A stretch of DNA of 52,414 nt from Gaiellaceae bacterium. GTDB lineage: Bacteria; Actinomycetota; Thermoleophilia; Gaiellales; Gaiellaceae. Below the pieces are notes generated by a model that was not told the DNA's origin, ran no database searches, and saw only the letters and a program-made list of their open reading frames with translations. The DNA lies in contig DATIYE010000010.1 of the NCBI GenBank assembly GCA_035517795.1, forward strand, positions 1-52,414, given 5' to 3'. The stretch's first letter is position 1, and every line of letters begins with the position of its first letter. This document shows, in pieces, positions 1 through 8,369 of the stretch. The position numbers and the translations under genes were made by a program.

Positions 1-1168
1 CGACGGCGCCGTCGGCGCCCAGGAACAGCATCGACACGGGATGAACCTCGAAATAGAGGTGCGTGGGCAGACCGTCCGAGTTACCCGTGTTGCCCATGAA
101 GCCGATCACCTGCCCGGCCCGGACGTGAGAGCCGTTCGAGACGAGCGTCGAGAAGGCCGACAGGTGGGCGTAGAGGAACTCGTTCCCTTGCCGGTCGCGC
201 AGCCAGAGCCGGTTGCCGGCCGAGTGGTTCCACCCCACCGAGTAGAGCGTCCCCGTCGACACTGCGACCACCGGCTGTCCAAGCGTGCCGAAGATGTCGA
301 CGCCGTGCTCCCAGCCGTTTCCCTGCAGCTCCGCGCCGTACTGATCGGCGTAGTCGCTGGCACCGAAGACGGGATAGACGTACGGTGCCGCCGTGAGCGG
401 CGGGGCGTACACCTGCGGCACGCCGCCGACCAGCGGCCCGGTGACGGGCGGCCAGAGCTGGGGACGGTCGCCCGGGCTGACCAACGTCGGCGGCGACGGC
501 CGAGCGGTCTGCGCGGAGACTGCGGCGTACCCCACCTCGATCCTCGTTCCGGCCGGCAGCCCGCCGTGCCGGGCTGTGAGGGTGACCTCGAGCGCCATCG
601 AGACGGCGGAGTACGCCTTCGACCCGGGTACTGCAGCCCGGTCGACGCTGTGAGGGGCGATCGTCAGGTACCCCCAGTCGCCGAGCCCGGCCTTCCCGAA
701 CGCGTGCGCCCGGCCGAGCGCCTGCAGGTGCACGACTCCCGTTCCGCTGAAGCCCCCACCCGCGCGGCCGTTCTCTGTGGCGGCGGTCGCGGATGCCGAG
801 GCCGAGTCGGCCGTGATCTCGCCGTTGAAGATCGAGATGTTCGAGGCGGCCCCCGTCGCGCTGCCCGAGGCGGTACGGGCGGCCTTGACGCGGGCGGAGG
901 CACGGATCCTGCCGGTGACGATCACCGACCCACTTGCGGGATAAGCGAAGCTCGGCGAGCTCGAGCCGCTCGGAGCTCCCGCGCCTTGGGCGGCGTCCGA
1001 ACCCACGACCCGCCCGTCGGGAAGGACGATCCGCACGGCTAGCGCCTTCGCCGCGGCAGTCGGGCCGTTCCCGGAAGCCGGCAGCGGTGCGCCGATCGCA
1101 CCTGCGGCGAACGTCGCGGCGAGCAGCACGAAAGACGACGCGGTCCGGAGCCTCACGACTGCCCTCAT
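1..1168 (-). CDS. Secreted M23/LytM-family metallopeptidase (C-terminus runs off the left window edge)
   Basis: Minus-strand frame with no stop inside the window, so it is absent from the ORF track. ATG at 1168..1166 is preceded by GGAGGA. N-terminus MRAVVRLRTASSFVLLAATFAAGA looks like a signal peptide. The distal part reads ...NRLWLRDRQGNEFLYAHLSAFSTLVSNGSHVRAGQVIGFMGNTGNSDGLPTHLYFEVHP, typical of M23 peptidases. Confidence 0.85.
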   Translation of the reverse strand, partial: MRAVVRLRTASSFVLLAATFAAGAIGAPLPASGNGPTAAAKALAVRIVLPDGRVVGSDAAQGAGAPSGSSSPSFAYPASGSVIVTGRIRASARVKAARTASGSATGAASNISIFNGEITADSASASATAATENGRAGGGFSGTGVVHLQALGRAHAFGKAGLGDWGYLTIAPHSVDRAAVPGSKAYSAVSMALEVTLTARHGGLPAGTRIEVGYAAVSAQTARPSPPTLVSPGDRPQLWPPVTGPLVGGVPQVYAPPLTAAPYVYPVFGASDYADQYGAELQGNGWEHGVDIFGTLGQPVVAVSTGTLYSVGWNHSAGNRLWLRDRQGNEFLYAHLSAFSTLVSNGSHVRAGQVIGFMGNTGNSDGLPTHLYFEVHPVSMLFLGADGAV

Positions 1169-1234
1169 TATCGCCACGGCGTCGGAGTCCTCCGCCGAAG
1201 GACGCGGAGGGGGACCTCGTTGGTTCCCCGCGGC

Positions 1235-1555
1235 TTAAAGCTTGCGCGCCCGTACCGCCGTGCCGTAGGCGCAGATCTCGGTCCACGTGCCACCCATCTC
1301 GGAGGTGTCGAAGCGCATCGCGACCACAGCGTTCGCCCCTTTGGCCTCGGCGGCTTCGACCATTCGCTGAATCACCTCCTCCCTGCTCGACTCGAGCACC
1401 TTGGTCATCCCTTTCAACTCGCCGCCCATGAGGGATTTCAGCCCGGCTCCGACCTGGGAGCCAAGGTTGCGCGAGCGCACGGTCAGCCCGAAGACCTCGC
1501 CGTACACCTCGTCGATCGAGTACCCGGGAATGTCGTTCGCGGTCGTGATCAGCAC
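1235..1555 (-). CDS. YbjQ/UPF0145 family (heavy-metal-binding domain) protein
   Basis: 106-aa ORF MLITTANDIPGYSIDEVYGEVFGLTVRSRNLGSQ...ICAYGTAVRARKL, the characteristic YbjQ_1 fold sequence. Its start overlaps the stop of the upstream HAD gene by 7 nt. Confidence 0.85.
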   Translation of the reverse strand: MLITTANDIPGYSIDEVYGEVFGLTVRSRNLGSQVGAGLKSLMGGELKGMTKVLESSREEVIQRMVEAAEAKGANAVVAMRFDTSEMGGTWTEICAYGTAVRARKL

Positions 1556-2190
1556 AGCTCCAGCACCTCCTCTACCGAAGTGACTCTCAATCCCCGCCAG
1601 CCCTGAACTTCCATCCAGGGCGCGGTCGCCCCGTTCGGAAGAAACAGGACCGGCGTCATCCCGACGCGCGAGGCGCCGGCGAGCTCGTCGTTTGCCCCGT
1701 CACCGACGAACAGGCACTCGTGCGGATCGACCCCGAGCGCTGCCGCCGTATGGACGTAGATCTCGGGATCGGGCTTCATGGAGCCGAATTCCGGCGAGAA
1801 CGTCTCGACGTCGAACAGGCCGGCGAGCTCGGTCTCCGGCCACGCAGCCGGCACGTCCTCCGAGCAGTTCGAGAGCACGGCCAGCTTGATACCCCGGTTC
1901 CTGAGCGCCGCCAGCGCAGCCGTGGCACCCGGCCGCGGGCGGAGCACGCGCCGCGCGAAAGAGTGGCGGTCGGCGACCGCGGCGTCTATCTCGCTCCGCG
2001 GCATGCCGATCGCTCGATACGCCTCGGCAAGAGGTCCCGTCATCGAGGCGCGATACGACTCGGACAGGCGCAGACGGAGCTCCTCGCCCGAGACTCCGAG
2101 CAACACCTCGAGACGCACTCTCAGGCCCGCGTCTTCCTCCGCCGGCCACACGACGAGCGTGTCCCAGAGGTCGAAGATCACCGCGCGCAC
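1549..2190 (-). CDS. HAD-superfamily hydrolase
   Basis: C-terminal 213 aa of ORF 1549..2505. GTG at 2190 gives VRAVIFDLWDTLV (HAD motif I DxDxT). Later motifs are LAVLSNCS and FVGDGANDELAG (motif IV). The longer N-terminal extension overlaps the decarboxylase and is Arg/Pro junk. Confidence 0.8.
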   Translation of the reverse strand: MRAVIFDLWDTLVVWPAEEDAGLRVRLEVLLGVSGEELRLRLSESYRASMTGPLAEAYRAIGMPRSEIDAAVADRHSFARRVLRPRPGATAALAALRNRGIKLAVLSNCSEDVPAAWPETELAGLFDVETFSPEFGSMKPDPEIYVHTAAALGVDPHECLFVGDGANDELAGASRVGMTPVLFLPNGATAPWMEVQGWRGLRVTSVEEVLELC

Positions 2191-3464
2191 TCGCGCAGCA
2201 CCTCCCAGGCGACCCGGATGTCTTCCTCGCCGGTGAAGGCGTTGCCGATCGCAAGCCGGATCACGCTCTGCCCGCGCAGTCTCGTCGTCGCGACGAAGAT
2301 CCGCCCGGTCTCGGTGGCGCGTCTGGCGATCTCGTCGCTGTCGACAGCCTCGTGCCGGAAGCAGACCGTCGAGAAGTGCCGGGTCGCCGAGATCTGCCAG
2401 CCGCGCTCTGCGCGCACCCACTCTTCGAAGAGGGCTGCCAGGCGGACGTGCTCGCGGATCAGCGCTTGAAGCCCATCGCGGCCGTAGCAGCGGAGCACCG
2501 TCCACAGCTTCAACGCCCGGAAGCGTCGGCCGAGTGCCGGGCCGTAGTCGCGGAAGTCGACGGCGCCGTCGGTGTGGGCCAGATAGTCACCGTGAGTCGA
2601 GAAGGCCGCACGGAGCGCCTCCGGCTTTCGTGTCCAGAAGGTCGAGCAGTCCATCGGAGTGAACAGCCACTTGTGCGGGTTGACCACGACCGAGTCGGCG
2701 TTCTCGACCCCGTCGATGCACCATCGAAGCTCGGGACAGACGGCCGCCGAGCCGGCATAGGCCGCGTCGACGTGCAGCCAGACGCCGGCCTCGTTGCAGC
2801 GCTCGGCCAGCGCGGGCACCGGATCGACCGACGCCGAAGAGGTCGTTCCGACCGTAGCGACGACCGCGGTGGCATCGTCGAGCGGAAAGTCGGCGAGCAT
2901 ACGGAACTCGTCGTCGACGGGTACGAGACGCGTCTCCAGCCCGAGGATCCGGGCACATTTCTCGACGGAGAAGTTGGCCTGCTCGGAGGTGTAGACGCCG
3001 CCGCCCGGTCGCAGCTCCCGGGCTGCGGCGAGAGCGACGAGGGTCGACGTCGAAGCGGTGTCCTCGATGTGCCCGTGGAGCCCGACCGGAAGCCCCAGCA
3101 ACTGAGCGAGCCAGTCGAGCGTGACCTGTTCGAGCTCGGTCGCGGCCGGTGAGGAGATCCAGGCCATCGCGTTGACGTTCAGCGCAGCGATCAAGAGCTC
3201 GGCGAGGATGCCGGGCTCCGAGCCGGTGTTCGCGAAGTAGGCGAAGAAGCGCGGGTGGTTCCACAATGCGAGGCCGGGCACGATCACCTCGTCGAGGTCG
3301 CGCAGGACGTCGACGAACGGCTCCGCCTGCTCGGGCGGTGAGGCGGGTAGCCGAGCCCGGATCTCACCGGGCGACACATCCGGCACGACCGCTCGCTCCC
3401 CGGCCGAGTCGAGATACGCCGCGACCCAGTCGGAGGCGGCCTCGAGGTCGTCCCTGAAGGTCAC
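2178..3464 (-). CDS. PLP-dependent group II (aromatic-L-amino-acid/tyrosine-type) decarboxylase
   Basis: 428-aa ORF with HPRFFAYFANTGSEPGILAELL, HVDAAYAGSA and the PLP-lysine motif VVVNPHKWLFTPMDCS. Its GTG start forms a GTGA overlap with the PolX stop. Confidence 0.85.
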   Translation of the reverse strand: MTFRDDLEAASDWVAAYLDSAGERAVVPDVSPGEIRARLPASPPEQAEPFVDVLRDLDEVIVPGLALWNHPRFFAYFANTGSEPGILAELLIAALNVNAMAWISSPAATELEQVTLDWLAQLLGLPVGLHGHIEDTASTSTLVALAAARELRPGGGVYTSEQANFSVEKCARILGLETRLVPVDDEFRMLADFPLDDATAVVATVGTTSSASVDPVPALAERCNEAGVWLHVDAAYAGSAAVCPELRWCIDGVENADSVVVNPHKWLFTPMDCSTFWTRKPEALRAAFSTHGDYLAHTDGAVDFRDYGPALGRRFRALKLWTVLRCYGRDGLQALIREHVRLAALFEEWVRAERGWQISATRHFSTVCFRHEAVDSDEIARRATETGRIFVATTRLRGQSVIRLAIGNAFTGEEDIRVAWEVLRECAR

Positions 3465-5227
3465 GACCGCCGCCGCTTGCGCAGCCGCTCGACCTGGTTC
3501 CAGGTGTGTGTGTTGACCACGTCGTCCTTGCCGAGCCAGGCGCGCCGGGCGACGCCGACGCCGAGCTCGACGTAGCCGAGCGCCGCGGTCTGGTGGCCGT
3601 CGGAGTCGATCACGAGCTTGAGCCCGGCCTCGCGGGCGGCCCTCGCGTGAATGTCGCTCAGGTCGAGCCGGTCGGGCTGCGAGTTGATCTCGAGGAACGT
3701 GCCGGTCTCGAGCGCCTTCTCGACCACTCGCTCGACGTCGATGGGCGAGGCGTCCCGACGGCCGATCTTGCGGCCGGTGAGATGTCCAATGCAGTCGACG
3801 TAGGGGTTCTCCATCGCAGCCAGCACGCGGGCGGTCGGGTCACGATCGAACGAGCTGTGCACCGACGCGACCACCCAGTCGAGATCCGCGAGCTCGCCGT
3901 CGGCCACATCGAGCTCCCCGCTCGAGCGGATGTTCGCCTCGATCCCCCTCAGCAGCTTGAGCGGGACGCGCTCGTCGAGCCGCCTGATCGCCTCCGCCTG
4001 CTGCTCGAGCCTCCCGTCGCGCAGCCGGTGGGAGTGGTCACAGATGGCGTAGTAGGCGTAGCCGCGGCTGATCGCCTCGGCCACCATCGCCTCGAGCGAG
4101 TCCTTGCCGTCCGACCACGTCGTGTGCGTGTGGAGGTCTCCCTTGAGGTCGCGAAGCGTCACCAGCTCCGGCAGCGATCCCTCGCGGGCGGCCTCGAGCT
4201 CGCCCGAGTTCTCCCTGAGCTCGGGCGGAATCCAGGCATAGCCGAGGAATGCGTAGACCTCTTCCTCGGTCTCGAATGTATGCACGACTCCCGTCTCCAC
4301 CTCCGTCACCCCGTACTCCGACACCGAAAGCCCCTGACGGACGGCGGCCTCCCGGAGGGCGACGTTGTGGTCCTTCGAGCCGGTGAAGTGCTGCAGCAGG
4401 TTCCCGAAGGCCTCCGGCGGGACGACGCGGAGGTCGAAGCGAAGCCCGTCCTGCCCGACGACCGTCGCCTTGGTGTCGCCTCGCGCAGCGACCTCGACCA
4501 CCCACGTCGCCTCGCAAAAGGCTGCGATCAGCGCGGGCGCGTCGGTCGCGGTCGCGATCAGATCGAGGTCGCGCACCGTCTCGCGAAAACGGCGCGCCGA
4601 GCCGGCGATCGAGACGCGAGCTGCAGCCGGGTGGGCGGAGAGCACCTCCGACACCTCCCGCAGCCGGGGCAGCACCGACCCGAGCAGCGCCCGGCTCTGT
4701 CCCCTCGAGGCCTTGGGCTTCGAGAGGGCGGCGAGGATCTTCTCTTCCGACTTGGCACCCAGCCCGTCGAGGTCGCGCAGCCTCTTTGCCGCGGCGGCCG
4801 CGCGAAGCTCGGCGACCGTGGTGATCCCGAGCTCCTTCCACAGGCGGCGCGCCGTCTTCGGGCCGAGCCCCGGCAAGTGCATGAAGCCCGCCACCTCGAC
4901 GGGAACCTCGGCCTTGCGCTTGGTGAGAGCGTGGATCTCGCCGTCCTCTACCACCTCGACGATCTTCTCCTCGATGGTCTTGCCGATTCCCTGGAGCTCC
5001 TTCGCCCGACCCTCGAGTGCGAGCCGCGCAACCGAGCTTCCCGTCTCGCGGATCCGGGCCGCCGCTCGACGGTAGGCCGCGATGCGGAAGGCATCCGATC
5101 CCTCGAGCGCCATCAGGTCCGCAAGCAGCTCGAACTGCGCAGCGAGCTCCGGGTTCCGTGGCAGCTCGGCGTCCTTGGGAAGCGTTCGCGTCACCTCGCC
5201 GATCATACGCACGCGCCTTTCCGCCAC
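3461..5227 (-). CDS. polX: Family X DNA polymerase with C-terminal PHP domain (PolX)
   Basis: 588-aa ORF. N-terminal helix-hairpin-helix region (ELQGIGKTIEEKI, LPGLGPKTARRLW), a Pol-beta-like core, and a C-terminal PHP motif (GDLHTHTTWSDG...AICDHS). The start is ambiguous: GTG 5227 or ATG 5206. Confidence 0.9.
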   Translation of the reverse strand: MAERRVRMIGEVTRTLPKDAELPRNPELAAQFELLADLMALEGSDAFRIAAYRRAAARIRETGSSVARLALEGRAKELQGIGKTIEEKIVEVVEDGEIHALTKRKAEVPVEVAGFMHLPGLGPKTARRLWKELGITTVAELRAAAAAKRLRDLDGLGAKSEEKILAALSKPKASRGQSRALLGSVLPRLREVSEVLSAHPAAARVSIAGSARRFRETVRDLDLIATATDAPALIAAFCEATWVVEVAARGDTKATVVGQDGLRFDLRVVPPEAFGNLLQHFTGSKDHNVALREAAVRQGLSVSEYGVTEVETGVVHTFETEEEVYAFLGYAWIPPELRENSGELEAAREGSLPELVTLRDLKGDLHTHTTWSDGKDSLEAMVAEAISRGYAYYAICDHSHRLRDGRLEQQAEAIRRLDERVPLKLLRGIEANIRSSGELDVADGELADLDWVVASVHSSFDRDPTARVLAAMENPYVDCIGHLTGRKIGRRDASPIDVERVVEKALETGTFLEINSQPDRLDLSDIHARAAREAGLKLVIDSDGHQTAALGYVELGVGVARRAWLGKDDVVNTHTWNQVERLRKRRRS

Positions 5228-5247
5228 ACTTCGCTCGCCGGGCCGGA

Positions 5248-5967
5248 ATGAACGCGACCGTCTGCCTGCCGACCTACAACGAGATCGAGAACCTCGAGCC
5301 GATGGTGCGCGCGCTCGGTGAGGTGCTCCGCCAGGACGACCGTGTGCTGGTGATCGACGATGGCTCGCCCGACGGAACCGGTGAGCTCGCCGACCGCCTC
5401 GCGGCCGAGCTCCCCTTCGTGGGCGTCCTGCACCGGACGGAGAAGGAAGGCCTCGGACCCGCCTACATCGCAGGTTTCCGGCGGGCGCTCGCAGACGGGG
5501 CGGAACTCGTGCTGGAGATGGACTGCGACTTCTCCCACGATCCGGCGGCCGTCCCGCGGCTGATCGCCGCCGCGGAGGGCGGCGCCGACCTGGTCCTAGG
5601 CTCGCGCTACATCCCGGGCGGCTCGATCCCGAACTGGGGTCGCGTACGGCGGTTCATCTCGCTCGGGGGGAACATCTACGCGCAGCTCTGGCTCGGAAGC
5701 CGGCTCCGCGATCTCACCGGCGGGTTCAAGTGCTTTCGCGCTCCGGTGCTCGAGACGGTCGATCTGGACGCGATCAGCGCCAGGGGCTACGCGTTTCAGA
5801 TCGAGACCACCTACCGCGTGATCCGGGCGGACTTCACGGTGGTCGAAGTCCCGATCGCGTTCAGCGACCGCGAGCTCGGGCACTCGAAGATGAACGGCGC
5901 GATCGTACTCGAGGCCATCTGGAGGGTGCCGTTGCTGCGCCTCCGCGCGCTCGCCGGCCGTCTGTAG
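5248..5967 (+). CDS. GT2 polyprenol/dolichol-phosphate mannosyltransferase (Ppm1/DPM1-like)
   Basis: Internal ATG at 5248 of ORF 5017..5967 gives MNATVCLPTYNEIENL...LVIDDGSPDGTGELA...EMDCDFSHDP...GGFKCF, typical of DPM1-like GT2 enzymes. The upstream extension overlaps polX and looks non-coding. Confidence 0.85.
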   Translation: MNATVCLPTYNEIENLEPMVRALGEVLRQDDRVLVIDDGSPDGTGELADRLAAELPFVGVLHRTEKEGLGPAYIAGFRRALADGAELVLEMDCDFSHDPAAVPRLIAAAEGGADLVLGSRYIPGGSIPNWGRVRRFISLGGNIYAQLWLGSRLRDLTGGFKCFRAPVLETVDLDAISARGYAFQIETTYRVIRADFTVVEVPIAFSDRELGHSKMNGAIVLEAIWRVPLLRLRALAGRL

Positions 5968-5978
5968 CCTGAACCCGC

Positions 5979-6302
5979 GTGCGCGCCGTCACGGACTCGA
6001 GCTTCGACCAGGAGGTCCTCCGCTCCGGCAGGCCGGTGGTCGTCGACTTCTGGGCGCCCTGGTGCGGCCCGTGTAAGGCCGTCACCCGCGCCCTCGAAGA
6101 GATCGCCGGGGAGACCGAGGACGTCGAGTTCGTGACGCTGGACATCGACGACAACCCTGTCACAGCCTCGCGATACGACGTGCTCTCGATCCCCACCGTG
6201 ATCCTGTTCTCCGACGGCCTGCCGGCCGATACCGTGATCGGCGCCCGACCGACCACGCACTTCCGCCGCGTTCTCGAGCCGTACCTAGTTGCGACGGGGT
6301 AG
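5979..6302 (+). CDS. trxA: Thioredoxin
   Basis: 107-aa ORF with the active site VVDFWAPWCGPCK and the SIPTVILF motif. Confidence 0.95.
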   Translation: MRAVTDSSFDQEVLRSGRPVVVDFWAPWCGPCKAVTRALEEIAGETEDVEFVTLDIDDNPVTASRYDVLSIPTVILFSDGLPADTVIGARPTTHFRRVLEPYLVATG

Positions 6303-6401
6303 GCGGCTCCTGGTGGGCCGGAGCCGGCCACCTCGGAGCTGCTCGATGCGCGAGGCGATCAGGATGTTGAGCGCACCCGGCTCGTTCAACATACTCGTCA
6401 T
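6285..6401 (-). CDS. Candidate unannotated small protein (38 aa), divergent from marR
   Basis: ATG at 6401 lies 5-6 nt after GGGAGGTGA. It encodes MTSMLNEPGALNILIASRIEQLRGGRLRPTRSRLPRRN*. Third-codon positions are strongly G/C, matching the genome's coding bias. A consensus-like promoter lies upstream (next feature). It falls below the ORF-track length cutoff. Confidence 0.35.
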   Translation of the reverse strand: MTSMLNEPGALNILIASRIEQLRGGRLRPTRSRLPRRN

Positions 6402-6454
6402 GTGCTCACCTCCCAACCCGTTACTCGTTTGATCGCTTATCGTTTGATGTCAAG

Positions 6455-6483
6455 ATACTACTGGCCTTGTATCTCGATGTCAA
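6455..6483 (-). promoter_or_regulatory. Sigma-70-type promoter for the minus-strand sORF (TTGACA-17 nt-TAGTAT)
   Basis: On the minus strand, TTGACA (6483..6478), a 17-nt spacer, then TAGTAT (6460..6455). This is an AT-rich island in a GC-rich genome, about 50 nt upstream of the sORF ATG. Confidence 0.45.
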
Positions 6484-6495
6484 GAGGTTTATAAT
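6467..6495 (+). promoter_or_regulatory. Sigma-70-type promoter of marR (TTGTAT-17 nt-TATAAT); predicts a leaderless mRNA
   Basis: TTGTAT 6467..6472, a 17-nt spacer, then TATAAT 6490..6495. The marR ATG begins at 6502, 7 nt after the -10 box, with no SD. The promoter interleaves with the divergent minus-strand promoter. Confidence 0.5.
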
Positions 6496-6501
6496 CGAAA
6501 C

Positions 6502-7017
6502 ATGACCACATCCGTCCGGCCTGCTCAAGACCACGTCGACAAGAAGCTCACCGAGCTCTGCGGCGATCTGCCCGACCTGGATCTCGACGTCGAGGGCATC
6601 GTCGAGCGGATCCAGGGGCTCGAGAGGCGCTTCCGCCTCGCGATGGACGAGACGCTCGACGATCACGACCTCTCCTACGGCGAGTGGCGGCTGCTGTGCA
6701 CGCTCCGCCGCGCGCCCGACAACGCGTCCACACCCGGGGAGCTCTCGGCGAGTCTCGAGCTTTCGAGCGGCGCGATGACGAACCGGCTCGACCGGCTCGA
6801 GCGGGCAGGCCTCGTCCGGCGTCACCGCGATCTCAGCGATCGGCGCGGCGTCCGGGTCGAGCTGACCCCGGAGGGAGATCACGCCTGGGTCGAGTCGACG
6901 AACGCCCAGGCGATCAAGGAAGCCTTGATCGCGAGTGCGCTCTCCAAGCGCGAGCAGCACCAGTTGAACGGGCTTCTCCGGAAGCTCATGCTCGCGTTCG
7001 AGCACGGCCCCGCCTGA
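6502..7017 (+). CDS. MarR-family transcriptional regulator
   Basis: 171-aa ORF with a winged-HTH region: YGEWRLLCTLRRA...TPGELSASLELSSGAMTNRLDRLERAGLVRRHRDLSDRRGVRVELTPEG. Confidence 0.9.
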   Translation: MTTSVRPAQDHVDKKLTELCGDLPDLDLDVEGIVERIQGLERRFRLAMDETLDDHDLSYGEWRLLCTLRRAPDNASTPGELSASLELSSGAMTNRLDRLERAGLVRRHRDLSDRRGVRVELTPEGDHAWVESTNAQAIKEALIASALSKREQHQLNGLLRKLMLAFEHGPA

Positions 7018-7024
7018 CCCGGCG

Positions 7025-7846
7025 CTACGACCCCGCGAAGTGCTCCCAGCCGCCGAGCGTCCGCGGCTCACCGCCCGCCCGGAGCTCGACTCCGGAGCCT
7101 GCCTCGACCCGGCCGACGACCGCGAGGCCGTCTGGATCTTCGATCGCTGCCAGCAGCTCGTAATCCTCCCCGAAGCCGAGATCGTCGAGCACGGCACCCG
7201 AGGCAAGCGGGACCGCATCGAGGTCGATGACGCAGCGGACACTCGAGCGGCGGGCGAGATGGCCGGCGTCGACCGCGATCCCATCGGAGATGTCGAGCAT
7301 CGCGTGGGCGGTTCTTGCGAGGACCCGTCCTTCCTCGAGCCGCAGAGGCGGTCGAACGTAGCGGCCCGCGCGGAAAGCGGCGCCGGCGGCGCCCAGGGGT
7401 CCCGTCACCACGAGCAAATCGCCGGGGCGAGCGCCCGTCCGACCCGGGATCCGCTCGGAACGGCCGATCGCCGTGACACTCAGGACGACGCTCTCGGCCG
7501 CTGTCGTGTCTCCACCTCGGACCGCGACTCCGGTCTCGGCGATCCCTTCGTAGAGCTCGACCACATCTGCCGCGTCGGTCGAGCCGGGGAGCGCCAGGCT
7601 CACGATCAGGGACAAGGGATCGGCGCCCGACGCCGCCAGGTCGCTCAGATTCACAGCGGCGGCCCGGAAGCCGAGCTCACACCAGGTGAGTTGGTCGAGG
7701 CGGAAGTGAACCCCTTCGACCAGCGCGTCCTGCGTGACAACGAGGCCGCCGCCGAGATCCGCCGCGTCGTTCTCGACGCCGGTGATCAGACCACGGCGCT
7801 CGAGCTCCGCGAGGAGGCCGAGCTCACCGAGCTCCGAGAGCCTCAT
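7025..7846 (-). CDS. thiL: Thiamine-monophosphate kinase
   Basis: ORF 7025..7882. Internal ATG at 7846 gives the typical N-terminus MRLSELGELGLLAELE...DALVEGVHF...AVNLSDLAASGA...DISDG. Confidence 0.88.
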   Translation of the reverse strand: MRLSELGELGLLAELERRGLITGVENDAADLGGGLVVTQDALVEGVHFRLDQLTWCELGFRAAAVNLSDLAASGADPLSLIVSLALPGSTDAADVVELYEGIAETGVAVRGGDTTAAESVVLSVTAIGRSERIPGRTGARPGDLLVVTGPLGAAGAAFRAGRYVRPPLRLEEGRVLARTAHAMLDISDGIAVDAGHLARRSSVRCVIDLDAVPLASGAVLDDLGFGEDYELLAAIEDPDGLAVVGRVEAGSGVELRAGGEPRTLGGWEHFAGS

Positions 7847-8369
7847 CCACCGCCTGCCTGAGAGCCGGGTCGGTCGCGGCACGGATCACCGCCACGCCGG
7901 CGGCACCTGCGCGGACACACGCAGCCGCGTTCGAGGCGTCGATGCCCCCGATCGCCACCACGGGCACGCTCACCGCCCTGCAGATCCGGGCCAGCTCCGC
8001 GAGCCCGAGCGGGATGGCTGCGTCGTCCTTCGACGGCGTCTCCCAGATCGGCCCCACACCCAGGTAGTCCGCATCCGCCGCGACGGCCTCGTCGTAGGTG
8101 GTCGCCGAGCGACCGAGCAGCAGGCCGCGGCGGCGTGCCTCGTCGGCGCCTCGATCGGACTGGCCGAGGTGGACGCCGTCGGCACCGAGCTCCAGGGCAG
8201 CCTCGACGTCGTCGTTGACCACGAACGGCGTCCCGAGGCCGCGGAAGCCCCGGCCGCGCGTGACGATCTCCGCGGTCGGCGCCTTCACGCGCAGCTGGAC
8301 GACTGTTGCGCCCGTCGCAACGGCGAGCTTCGCCGTCTCGAGGTCATCCACGATCGCGTGAACCCTCAC
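7824..8369 (-). CDS. thiE: Thiamine-phosphate synthase
   Basis: 181-aa ORF with VQLRVK...GADGVHLGQSD...DYLGVGPIWETPSK...VVAIGGI. GTGA overlap with the thiM stop. Confidence 0.9.
   Translation of the reverse strand: MRVHAIVDDLETAKLAVATGATVVQLRVKAPTAEIVTRGRGFRGLGTPFVVNDDVEAALELGADGVHLGQSDRGADEARRRGLLLGRSATTYDEAVAADADYLGVGPIWETPSKDDAAIPLGLAELARICRAVSVPVVAIGGIDASNAAACVRAGAAGVAVIRAATDPALRQAVDEALGAR

Noticed and set aside
1169-1234. Possible riboswitch (for example the c-di-AMP/ydaO type often found before cell-wall hydrolases) upstream of the M23 peptidase.
   Set aside because: The gap is only 66 nt. It contains two simple hairpins (GGGGA-N10-TCCCC and CTCCGC-N8-GCGGAG), the second overlapping the SD. 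They are more simply explained as the ybjQ operon terminator or an SD-masking stem.
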